From an uncultured archaeon (GTDB taxonomy: Archaea > Iainarchaeota > Iainarchaeia > Iainarchaeales > CSSED10-239): a DNA stretch of 32,000 nt. Under the pieces are notes generated by a model. The model was given only the letters and a program-made list of their open reading frames with translations. It did no database searches and was not told the DNA's origin. Each line of letters starts with the position of its first letter. The first letter of the stretch is position 1. The stretch covers positions 1-32,000 of the forward strand of contig CAZCAP010000008.1 of the NCBI GenBank assembly GCA_964496765.1, given 5' to 3'. Positions 1 through 6,941 of this stretch are shown piece by piece. The position numbers and the translations under genes were made by a program.

Positions 1-36
1 TTTACTACCCACTTTACTACCCACTTTACTACCCAC
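1..36 (-). repeat. Exact 12-bp tandem repeat tttactacccac x3 (may continue beyond the window edge); encodes in-frame (VGSK)3 of the COG2865 protein
   Basis: Direct reading: positions 1-12, 13-24 and 25-36 are identical. Reverse complement GTGGGTAGTAAA = V-G-S-K in the CDS frame. Confidence 0.95.
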
Positions 37-1128
37 ATCAATATATAAATTTTTTCTAAATATTACATTAAACCAATCTGTATCTATATTAAATTTAACA
101 TCTGGCACTAGCTTTTTTATTCTTTTAATTCCTGAACCAACCTTCTCAATAAGGTTTGTTCTTAATATACAGTCAGCTAATATTGGATTTCTTAAAACAC
201 TTATCTTTCCAAAGTCTTTTTTGTCAAATAATAATTTACCTGGATTTAATATTTCTACTCTATTAGAATATATTTCAATTAATATTCTTCCTTGTGTAAA
301 ATAATCTCTATGTATCATTGCATTTAATATTGCTTCACGTAATGCTTCTTCAGGGATTTCTGGGGTTTCTACTCTTACTAAGTTTATAATGTCAGCCTTT
401 GTTTTAGTATTTCTTAATATAAATAATAAAGAATTTTCAAAATTGGATATAAAGTCAGAATCAAATACTTTTTTATCAAGCATTACTGCTTTACTATTCC
501 CTTGATACAACACACAACTAATGTCTGCATTTAAAAAGAATTTAGTTATTTTCTTTGAAAATAATAACGCACAAGCATTGTTTGGTATATCATTTGTTAA
601 TAAATTTAGATTTTTAAGTATGTGACTTATAGGTAGACTTTTATTAACATTTGATTTTTTTAAAAAATTATTTAATTTGTTTTTATCAATGTCTTTTAAA
701 TTAAACTCAGAGGTTTGTTTTTCAAAAGATATTTTATTTACATTTTGTAAAAATTCAATTATTTCATTTCTATTTAATTTCTGGGTATTTGCGCCCTGTC
801 TCACATAAAAAGATCCATTAACTGAATAGGGTTTGTCTTTTCCAATAGGGACATATATAATTCCAATATTATCTATAATTTCAAAAGATATAATTAGAGA
901 AGGATCTATATTTCTTGCAATAGTTTGCATTTCTGATTCTAGTTTATTATTTTTACTAATTCCTTTTATTCCTCCATTGTCTTTTACTCCAAGAAATATC
1001 TTACCTCCATCTGAGTTTGCAAATGCGCAGATTTCTTTGCCAATCTCTTTATTATTTAGGCTTTCTTTAAATTCAATAGTATAACCTTCTCCAGTTGAGA
1101 TTATATCTAATATTTCTTGCTTATTCAT
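1..1128 (-). CDS. COG2865-type putative transcriptional regulator / ATP-binding protein (AlbA_2 Schlafen-like domain + HATPase_c_4-like domain); C-terminus runs off the left window edge
   Basis: ATG at 1128-1126 (minus). I read all 376 codons down to position 1 and found no in-frame stop; it is missing from the ORF track only because no stop lies in the window. MNKQEILDIISTGEGYTIEFKESLNNKEIGKEICAFANSDGGKIFLGVKDNGGIKGI fits the AlbA_2 pattern (E.K...AFAN..GG...GV.D.G...G). EEALREAILNAMIHRDYFTQGRILIEIYSNRVEILNPGKL fits the HATPase_c_4 pattern (NA..HRDY...I.I...I.NPG). The visible end is a (VGSK)3 repeat, a short-peptide-repeat linker of the kind I recall in this family. Confidence 0.85.
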   Translation of the reverse strand, partial: MNKQEILDIISTGEGYTIEFKESLNNKEIGKEICAFANSDGGKIFLGVKDNGGIKGISKNNKLESEMQTIARNIDPSLIISFEIIDNIGIIYVPIGKDKPYSVNGSFYVRQGANTQKLNRNEIIEFLQNVNKISFEKQTSEFNLKDIDKNKLNNFLKKSNVNKSLPISHILKNLNLLTNDIPNNACALLFSKKITKFFLNADISCVLYQGNSKAVMLDKKVFDSDFISNFENSLLFILRNTKTKADIINLVRVETPEIPEEALREAILNAMIHRDYFTQGRILIEIYSNRVEILNPGKLLFDKKDFGKISVLRNPILADCILRTNLIEKVGSGIKRIKKLVPDVKFNIDTDWFNVIFRKNLYIDVGSKVGSKVGSK

Positions 1129-1162
1129 GTTGTTTACCTATATAGTTAATTATTACAAAATT

Positions 1163-1203
1163 TATATATCCCTTTCGGGAGGGGGTAGCTGTCCAAGCAA
1201 AAT
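1163..1203 (-). promoter_or_regulatory. Copy 1 of a shared upstream element: TATA-like tatatatc plus GC-rich core ggagggggt-N4-gtccaagcaaa (core 1178-1201), upstream of the COG2865 gene
   Basis: Core is 21/24 identical to 11373-11396, with the same 9+4+11 architecture and the same position relative to a TATA-like box and the downstream minus-strand start codon (core about 50-75 nt upstream of the start). Confidence 0.6.
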
Positions 1204-1207
1204 TCGA

Positions 1208-1726
1208 TTATTTTGTTTTAAACTCTTCTCTTAATTCTGTTAATATTTTACAAAATATTTTTCTTGGAAGGGATTTTGAATCTTTTATTTGAACTAAATG
1301 GATTAATTTTGCGTTCCCTGTTGATAATAATGCTTGCTTCTGATCTGGGTTTTGTAAAAACCTCTCTCTTTCAGCTCTCTTTGCAAGTTCATATAATTCC
1401 TTTGAATCATAAGGGACAGCCTTATTATTATAATAAAGGTTGGTTGGATTTATACCTTTCGATATTAGTTTTGCTTGTATCCAAAATAATTTTCGTGCTT
1501 CTAATCTTTTTTCGTGACCTTCTGGAAATTTAAGACCTTGCCAAAAGCCTTCAAAAGATTCATACTTTACTCCATCTAAAATAAATGGAGATCTTGTAAA
1601 ATTAGATAAGGTGCTTGCAATTCCTTTTCCTTTTGAATTAATATTAATTAGTTTGCCTCTACTTAGCATACAGAATAAATTAACAGTTTTTACAAAATAT
1701 TTATTTGCAAGCTTTCTTAATTTCAT
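1208..1726 (-). CDS. NADAR (YbiA/DUF1768) domain protein, putative ADP-ribose / N-glycoside processing hydrolase
   Basis: 172 aa. LSNFTRSPFILDGVKYESFEGFWQGLKF aligns by eye with E. coli YbiA FSNFAAWPIKVDGKTWPTSEHYFQAQKF (Glu retained). ALLSTGNAKLIHLV matches ALLLATAPAKLVEH. C-terminal ILTELREEF matches LLMELREQL. Confidence 0.8.
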   Translation of the reverse strand: MKLRKLANKYFVKTVNLFCMLSRGKLININSKGKGIASTLSNFTRSPFILDGVKYESFEGFWQGLKFPEGHEKRLEARKLFWIQAKLISKGINPTNLYYNNKAVPYDSKELYELAKRAERERFLQNPDQKQALLSTGNAKLIHLVQIKDSKSLPRKIFCKILTELREEFKTK

Positions 1727-1769
1727 ATAATATCTATGATTTTTCTTCTTTCCCTTAGCTTTCTAATGC

Positions 1770-1796
1770 GCGTTAACCGAGCGAAACCGGTTACGC
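1770..1796 (-). other. GC-rich hairpin immediately 3' of tRNA-Ser(AGA), overlapping its last 3 nt; possible processing or termination signal
   Basis: gcgt(t)aaccg / cggttacgc form 9 bp with one bulged T and an 8-nt loop (agcgaaac). It is conspicuously GC-rich in an AT-rich spacer. Confidence 0.3.
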
Positions 1797-1876
1797 AAAG
1801 GACGAGATTCGAACTCGCGTAGTCGTGAGACTCCAGCTCTCTAGGCTGGCGCGTTTGGCCACTCCGCCACCTTTGC
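1794..1876 (-). tRNA. tRNA-Ser, anticodon AGA (A34) by canonical register; class II, long variable arm, no encoded CCA
   Basis: Minus-strand read: GCAAAGG TG GCG GAGTGGCCAAA CGC G CCAGC CTAGAGA GCTGG AGTCTCACGACTAC GCGAG TTCGAAT CTCGT CCTTTGC G. All stems pair. The body is nearly identical to the tRNA at 2590-2672. Loop CU-AGA-GA gives anticodon AGA. Confidence 0.85.
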
Positions 1877-1914
1877 ATAATATAATTAATGGGAAAAGAG
1901 TATATAAATTGATT

Positions 1915-2160
1915 TTATTTTTCACATTTATCTTTGTTGTTTGTAAACATGCTCTTTGTTACACAAACAAACCAATTAAAGTGTAGTACTATGTGTGTTA
2001 GTGAAAGTATAATAAAAATAATTCCTGAAACATCATGTAATTGAACTAATGTGTGCTTTGGAACTAGTTTTAAAAATAAAATAATTCCTGTTATTGCAAC
2101 TATTATAAATGAAATTGCAAGCAAGATATCTAAAAAATAATTAATCTTAATTTTATTCAT
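1915..2160 (-). CDS. Small two-TM membrane protein, DUF4405-like (H...G....H..LH.NW pattern)
   Basis: 81 aa with two hydrophobic helices. LHDVSGIIFIILSLTHIVLHFNWF resembles the DUF4405 signature. It lies 2 nt upstream of the next gene, which looks like an operon. Confidence 0.5.
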   Translation of the reverse strand: MNKIKINYFLDILLAISFIIVAITGIILFLKLVPKHTLVQLHDVSGIIFIILSLTHIVLHFNWFVCVTKSMFTNNKDKCEK

Positions 2161-2162
2161 GT

Positions 2163-2498
2163 TTAATGAACTCCTGAACCAGAATTAACTGACTCTGAGG
2201 GGAATAGAAGGGCTTCAACATCATTGTCACCAATTGCAAGTATCATTCCTTGACTTTCCTGACCCATCATTTTTCTTGGCTCAAGATTAACTATTACTGG
2301 TAATTGTTTCCCAACTAAATCTTCTGGATTGTATTTGGTTCCAATCCCTGCAAGTATCTGTCTTTTAAATTCACCAAAATCAACTATTAACTTTATTAAT
2401 TTTGTACTCCCTTCTACTTTTTCTGAAGATTCTATTGTTCCAATCCTAATATCAAGCTTTGAAAAATCCTGATAGGTTATGTTTGGTTTAACTTCCAT
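2163..2498 (-). CDS. tRNA-binding OB-fold protein (Trbp111 / CsaA / MetRS C-terminal-domain family)
   Basis: 111 aa. F.KLDIRIGTI...EKVEGSTKLIKLIVDFGE..RQILAGIG..Y.PEDLVGKQLPVIVNLEPRKMMG.ESQGMILA is the classic tRNA_bind domain pattern. Confidence 0.85.
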   Translation of the reverse strand: MEVKPNITYQDFSKLDIRIGTIESSEKVEGSTKLIKLIVDFGEFKRQILAGIGTKYNPEDLVGKQLPVIVNLEPRKMMGQESQGMILAIGDNDVEALLFPSESVNSGSGVH

Positions 2499-2589
2499 AA
2501 TATCTTCACTTTGTTTTATTTATATCTTTCTTTCCGAAAAATCTCTATATTCTTTTGGATCAAACATTTTCTTTTAAAGAAAAGGTTTG

Positions 2590-2672
2590 ACGCAGAGGAC
2601 GAGATTTGAACTCGCGTAGTCGTGAGACTCCAGGTCTCAAGCCTGGTGCGTTTGACCACTCCGCCACCTCTG
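2590..2672 (-). tRNA. tRNA-Ser, anticodon UGA; class II, no encoded CCA
   Basis: Minus-strand read: GCAGAGG TG GCG GAGTGGTCAAA CGC A CCAGG CTTGAGA CCTGG AGTCTCACGACTAC GCGAG TTCAAAT CTCGT CCTCTGC G. A compensatory C-G to G-C change in the anticodon stem relative to the 1794-1876 copy supports the fold. Confidence 0.9.
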
Positions 2673-2857
2673 CAATAACTGCTCGTGCGGTTAACACACG
2701 AATAGAAAGCCTTTACTTAAAAAACAAGCTAAAAGCTCTATATAGCTATATATAATATATAAGAGATAAAATATATAAACTAAATGTAAACCTAAAAGTA
2801 GAAAAAAAATCCCTCCAAGAATTAGAAAAAAAGAAATTATTAAAATATTATTCAAGA

Positions 2858-2919
2858 TTAGGGGAATCAACACACATCATATAGAATTTATCTTCACCAG
2901 ATCAAGGTTATTCCCCTAA
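2858..2919. repeat. Perfect 10-bp inverted repeat TTAGGGGAAT (2858-2867) / ATTCCCCTAA (2910-2919) with a 42-nt spacer, inside a 550-bp non-coding gap
   Basis: Direct reading of both arms. G/C-rich arms in an AT-rich context. No credible ORF covers it. Confidence 0.7.
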
Positions 2920-3225
2920 ACTATCGTTCCTATTCATTATCACCATATCTTAATACACCACCCTCCTAGATGAAACAGCTCCCTTTCGCAAAACCCTTTT
3001 CTAAAAGATTTTCTTGAGGTTTGCTTGTGACAATCTTCAATCCAACTACTATTAGGACTGTCACATATATATTAATGGGTGGGGGTTTGATGTACAAAAA
3101 AGAACACCCTGAATTAATAGAATGTACTATAATTCATTTAAAGGTAAGGTTAAAGCTAAATAAACCCATATTAACCATAAAAGTTAATTGCAACATAACA
3201 AGAAACAAAAGAAAAAAATTTAGGT

Positions 3226-4599
3226 TTAAACTAAAAATTTTTCTTTAGCTATGAAGAAATCAGATAAGAACTCTAGAACCTCTGTTTTAATAAGATAAAG
3301 ATTTCTTATATCCTGTCCAACAAAGATATTAGTATCTAGTTCACAGTTTTCTGGAAGGAAGTTTAATAGAACTGTCTTAATATCTGTCATCTCCCTTTGC
3401 TTAATTGAATACCATCTATAATCTTTAATGTATGGACCAAGAATAGCTTTTGTGTTATCTAAATAGTTTTGTGAGTTTTTCATATCACAAACAGGTGGAC
3501 CAATTACTTGCTTATAGATTGGAAGAACAAGAGATTCAACTAATATTATTAAATAGCATTTTGTTTCTCCTTCTTTATAGAATATATCATTTTTTAATAT
3601 ATTAAAATCTAAAAATTCAAGATGAGCTATTATTTTTTTTGCATTCTTTCTAACCTTTGACCAAACAACTTCTTTTAGCATGTCCTTAACATCAAACTCT
3701 ATTATTGTTAGTTCAAAGTTATCAAGTAACCCAACCATTTGATGATAGGTGATTTGCTTACTTGGTCTTTTAATAAAGAATTCTTTGCTTGGATGCTGTA
3801 GGAAGCTTCTCGAAGCTGCAATGAACATTGATAATTGCTTATCAGAAACAGCTGAAGCAACATTTCTGTTTTCATCAACAGGATCAATAACAACCAATGG
3901 ATCATTAAACCTAGCTAGATTAATTTCCTGATCCTTAACTAAAGTAAACTTAATTGGTGCTTCCCAGTTTGCTGCATGTGTTAAAAGAGTTATGAAGTCA
4001 CCATAGAATAAAATTAATAACTCACATAGATATCCAGAAAAACCAAATACCTCTGTGTCTGCTCCATAGCAATCAATTGCTTTCATGAACTGTTTAAGTA
4101 TTCTAACTTCATCCTTTTGGGTTGCTTTCATGTTCTTTAGAACGAATAATAGATGAAGAGAGGTTCTATCAACAGCAGAGATTATTTCTTCTCCAGGAGC
4201 TATCTTGTAAGCAGGAACCACTTCTACTTTATAATTATTAATTACTCCTCTTATGTAGGGGTGCTCAGAATAGGCTTTCTCCCAGAAACAACCTTTGAAA
4301 ACAGCTTGAGCAGTTGCAAGTCCTTCTTCAACAAACTCTTCTCTTTTCATGTCCTTTGGATATAAAATAAATATATCAAAATCTTTAGTTTCTGCAAGAT
4401 TTGTTCCTTTTCCAAAGGAACCAGCAACAATTGCAGATAAATGTTTACCAGGCATTTTGCTAATCTTATTAATAATTGAATTAGCAAACTCCTCTTCTTC
4501 AGCAACTTGTTTGCTTGATGGTTTAATCTCTTTTAATATCTCTCTACGAGCTAGCTTGTAGTCTTCAAGCTTAGATTTATCTATATTTAATTGTGCCAT
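3226..4599 (-). CDS. cca: CCA-adding enzyme (archaeal class I tRNA nucleotidyltransferase)
   Basis: 457 aa. GSFGKGTNLAETKDFDIFILYP is the class-I nucleotidyltransferase G[SG] / D.D signature. Length and overall pattern are typical of archaeal Cca. All three tRNAs in the window lack an encoded CCA, which is consistent. Confidence 0.9.
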   Translation of the reverse strand: MAQLNIDKSKLEDYKLARREILKEIKPSSKQVAEEEEFANSIINKISKMPGKHLSAIVAGSFGKGTNLAETKDFDIFILYPKDMKREEFVEEGLATAQAVFKGCFWEKAYSEHPYIRGVINNYKVEVVPAYKIAPGEEIISAVDRTSLHLLFVLKNMKATQKDEVRILKQFMKAIDCYGADTEVFGFSGYLCELLILFYGDFITLLTHAANWEAPIKFTLVKDQEINLARFNDPLVVIDPVDENRNVASAVSDKQLSMFIAASRSFLQHPSKEFFIKRPSKQITYHQMVGLLDNFELTIIEFDVKDMLKEVVWSKVRKNAKKIIAHLEFLDFNILKNDIFYKEGETKCYLIILVESLVLPIYKQVIGPPVCDMKNSQNYLDNTKAILGPYIKDYRWYSIKQREMTDIKTVLLNFLPENCELDTNIFVGQDIRNLYLIKTEVLEFLSDFFIAKEKFLV

Positions 4600-4658
4600 A
4601 GTTATCTTATAAATATAGTAACATTAATAATATAAACCTAATCTAATTGATTATAATT

Positions 4659-5621
4659 ATGATTAAAGATATACTTTATAAGGAACTTAGGAAGATTAAA
4701 GTAAAAGATAAAAGGATAGCAATACAGATTCCAGAGGGATTAAAGCAATACTCTAGAGAGATACTTGATTACTTCAAAGAAAACAATCCAATTCTTCTTG
4801 TTGATCCATGCTATGGTGCTTGTGATACTAGAGATGTGGAAGCAAAGAAATTGGGTGCAACTCTTTTAATTCATTTTGGGCACGAAGGAATGGGTAAGCA
4901 AGCAATTAGAACTATATATGTTCCTCTAAAGTATGAAATTAAGAATTCAGGAATTAAATATATTATTCAGGAAATTAAAAAACTAAACTTTAAAAAAATT
5001 AATCTAGTTACAACAACCCAATATCTTAATATGATACCAATAATTAAAAAAGAACTTCTAAAAAATAAAATTATTGTAAATAAAACAAGAGAAACACAGA
5101 GAGTTAAAGAACACATGGTTCTTGGGTGTGATGCATCAACGATCATTGATAGAACATCACCAATCATTTTTATTGGAGATGGAGCTTTCCACGTTAATAA
5201 TCTTGCTTTTCTTTATTCTAATCAAAGAATATTCTCAATAAGCCCAATAGTTAGAGAAATTAAAGAAATTAGAATAAATGATGAATTCACAAGAAAAAGA
5301 TATGCAATGATTGGAATTGCAAGAACAAAAACAAGATTTGGGATATTGGTATCAACCAAGAATGGACAGAACAGATTAAAGCTTGCTCAGGAGATTAAAA
5401 AATACTTAGAGAAACATAAAAAACAAGCATACATACTTGCTAGTGATTATATTAAAGAAGATTATCTTATTGGAATAGATGTTGAATGTTATATAAATAC
5501 TGCTTGTCCAAGAATCACCTATGATGATAGTTCTTCATTTAGGAAATCGATTATTTCTGCAAGCGAAGCATTAACCTTGTTTGATAAAGAAAAAGAAATT
5601 AAGATTGATCAAATAAATTAA
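4659..5621 (+). CDS. dph2: Diphthamide synthesis protein Dph2 (2-(3-amino-3-carboxypropyl)histidine synthase, radical SAM type)
   Basis: IAIQIPEGLKQYSREILDYF...LLVDPCYGACDTRDVEAKKLGATLLIHFGH is the Dph1/Dph2 family pattern. The track ORF starts at a TTG (4647); the first ATG is at 4659. Confidence 0.85.
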   Translation: MIKDILYKELRKIKVKDKRIAIQIPEGLKQYSREILDYFKENNPILLVDPCYGACDTRDVEAKKLGATLLIHFGHEGMGKQAIRTIYVPLKYEIKNSGIKYIIQEIKKLNFKKINLVTTTQYLNMIPIIKKELLKNKIIVNKTRETQRVKEHMVLGCDASTIIDRTSPIIFIGDGAFHVNNLAFLYSNQRIFSISPIVREIKEIRINDEFTRKRYAMIGIARTKTRFGILVSTKNGQNRLKLAQEIKKYLEKHKKQAYILASDYIKEDYLIGIDVECYINTACPRITYDDSSSFRKSIISASEALTLFDKEKEIKIDQIN

Positions 5622-6418
5622 TTATTCTGATCAATGTTTGCATCAAAGGCGTTGGTATCTAATTGTATGTTTGCATCGATTGGAGTATTACTATCAATTG
5701 AATTAGTGTCTAGTGTATTTGAATCATTCATTTTTATCTTGAAATCATTTATTGATTTTTCAATCTCTGCAATGTCCTTGAACAATAAACTGGTTGTAAG
5801 AACTACTGCTCTTTGAAGCTCATCCTTGGTTTTTGTTTGAATGTAAATATATCTTTCACCAAGATTAGCATTAACTAGAACTGTTGATTCCTTTAGAGTA
5901 TCCTTTGGGAAATCAATGATTATTTCAGTTACTCCTGAATTTAATAGAGAATAGCACTCTTCTGGGGTTAGTTCTTTATTTTCATAGTAGTCTCCAAGAT
6001 TTGATTGACAACTAATTGTTGCTCTTGTTTCATCCATAACATTAACTATGATTGTTACGTTCTTGTTCTCATAGGCAAGAACAGTTAATAGATAGGTTAA
6101 TTGGGAAGTGATTTGACTTAAATTATTCATGTCCTCTGGAAGAACATCAAGAATAAGGTAGATGTTTTGATCTTTGGATATACTCTCCATTGCATCCACT
6201 AAATAAAAGTCTCCTGATCTAAAGGTTATTCCACTTTCCTTATCCACGAATCCATATTTGTTCTTTTGAATGAATGTGAACACAAGATAAGCAAGAACAA
6301 GAAGAATAATTATAATTACAACATAGATGAAAATGTTTTTTTTCATTTTTTTTTCTTTTGCATGTTGCTTTATTTCCTTTGCGGTCTGTATTTTCGCCTG
6401 TGAAATAATTTGTTCCAT
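5618..6418 (-). CDS. Hypothetical N-terminally membrane-anchored protein with a D/N-rich C-terminal repeat
   Basis: 266 aa. One TM helix (NIFIYVVIIIILLVLAYLVFTFI) follows a Lys-rich N-terminus. I recognise no family. The 3' end overlaps dph2 convergently by 4 nt. Confidence 0.5.
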   Translation of the reverse strand: MEQIISQAKIQTAKEIKQHAKEKKMKKNIFIYVVIIIILLVLAYLVFTFIQKNKYGFVDKESGITFRSGDFYLVDAMESISKDQNIYLILDVLPEDMNNLSQITSQLTYLLTVLAYENKNVTIIVNVMDETRATISCQSNLGDYYENKELTPEECYSLLNSGVTEIIIDFPKDTLKESTVLVNANLGERYIYIQTKTKDELQRAVVLTTSLLFKDIAEIEKSINDFKIKMNDSNTLDTNSIDSNTPIDANIQLDTNAFDANIDQNN

Positions 6419-6431
6419 AATATCACTTCAT

Positions 6432-6926
6432 TTATTTTAAGTTTAATTTTAGTTTTAATTCCTTAAGATTCTTAACTTCGTTGTTAGTTGTTTTAATCAA
6501 TATATATTTTACACCCTTTCCCTTTAAAATTGTTTCAATATACTTAGTCTCCTCACAAAATAAGTTTTCTTCTATCTTTGCAGGCAAATAATTTCTTTCT
6601 TCATACCTTCTTCTTAATAACTTAAGATCGGTTTCTAGAAGAACAATTCTTTTGAACTTCATTAGATTACTCTTGGACATCTCTGGCCAGAGATGACCTT
6701 CAAAAATTAGATTTTCGTTCTTATGGGTTCTAATGAATTTACTAAATTCCTTATTTAGTTTTGTGATATCAACAATATATTCTTTTTCTTGATTATCCTT
6801 TTCTCCAAGCTTGTTTGCTAATGAAAAGGATTTATCATTTACAACTTTATAGGAATATTCCTTTCCAAGGATCTTAGACAAAGTTGTTTTTCCTGTTCCT
6901 GGATACCCTGTGATTAGCAAGTACAT
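6432..6926 (-). CDS. P-loop kinase, Fap7 / adenylate kinase isoenzyme 6 (AK6)-like
   Basis: 164 aa. Walker A at the N-terminus (LITGYPGTGKTTLSKIL), then IFEGHL, then RIVLLETDLKLLRRRYEERNY...KIEENL..E, matching the Fap7/AK6 layout. Confidence 0.65.
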   Translation of the reverse strand: MYLLITGYPGTGKTTLSKILGKEYSYKVVNDKSFSLANKLGEKDNQEKEYIVDITKLNKEFSKFIRTHKNENLIFEGHLWPEMSKSNLMKFKRIVLLETDLKLLRRRYEERNYLPAKIEENLFCEETKYIETILKGKGVKYILIKTTNNEVKNLKELKLKLNLK

Positions 6927-6941
6927 AATTAATTCATCAAT

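Noticed and set aside
1-36. 12-bp tandem repeat considered as a CRISPR-like or minisatellite element
   Set aside because: There are no spacers. The units are contiguous and in frame within the COG2865 CDS, encoding VGSK repeats, so this is a coding peptide repeat.
833-1533. Plus-strand ORFs 833-1084 (83 aa) and 1264-1533 (89 aa)
   Set aside because: They lie antisense inside the COG2865 and NADAR genes, which have clear family motifs. Their translations are low-complexity (I/L/F/S-rich), as expected from the reverse frame of AT-rich coding DNA.
1794-1876. Alternative reading of the first tRNA as tRNA-Leu(UAG) by shifting the anticodon loop
   Set aside because: The shift would break the perfect 5-bp anticodon stem. 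The paralogue at 2590-2672 shares the same register with a compensatory stem change, and the body and discriminator G are Ser-like in both.
2691-2873. Minus-strand 60-aa hydrophobic ORF in the non-coding gap
   Set aside because: It has a non-ATG start and an extreme I/L/F/Y composition arising from AT-rich repeats (tatatagctatatataatatataag). It has no SD or promoter context. It is more likely the tRNA promoter/spacer region.
3021-3248. Plus-strand 75-aa ORF (or 57 aa from ATG 3075: MGGGLMYKKEHPELIECTIIHLKVRLKL...)
   Set aside because: The track start is a TTG. The product is very basic and low-complexity, and its end overlaps the cca 3' end. The TATA-like atatatatta is too close to the ATG for a normal promoter. 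I did not call it as a gene, but the region is flagged as a possible ncRNA or small-protein locus in the findings.
3708-4561. Short ORFs inside or antisense to the cca gene (3708-3905, 3749-3931, 4153-4365, 4349-4561)
   Set aside because: They are shadow frames of a strongly supported 457-aa CCA-adding enzyme gene. They have no motifs and no independent start context.
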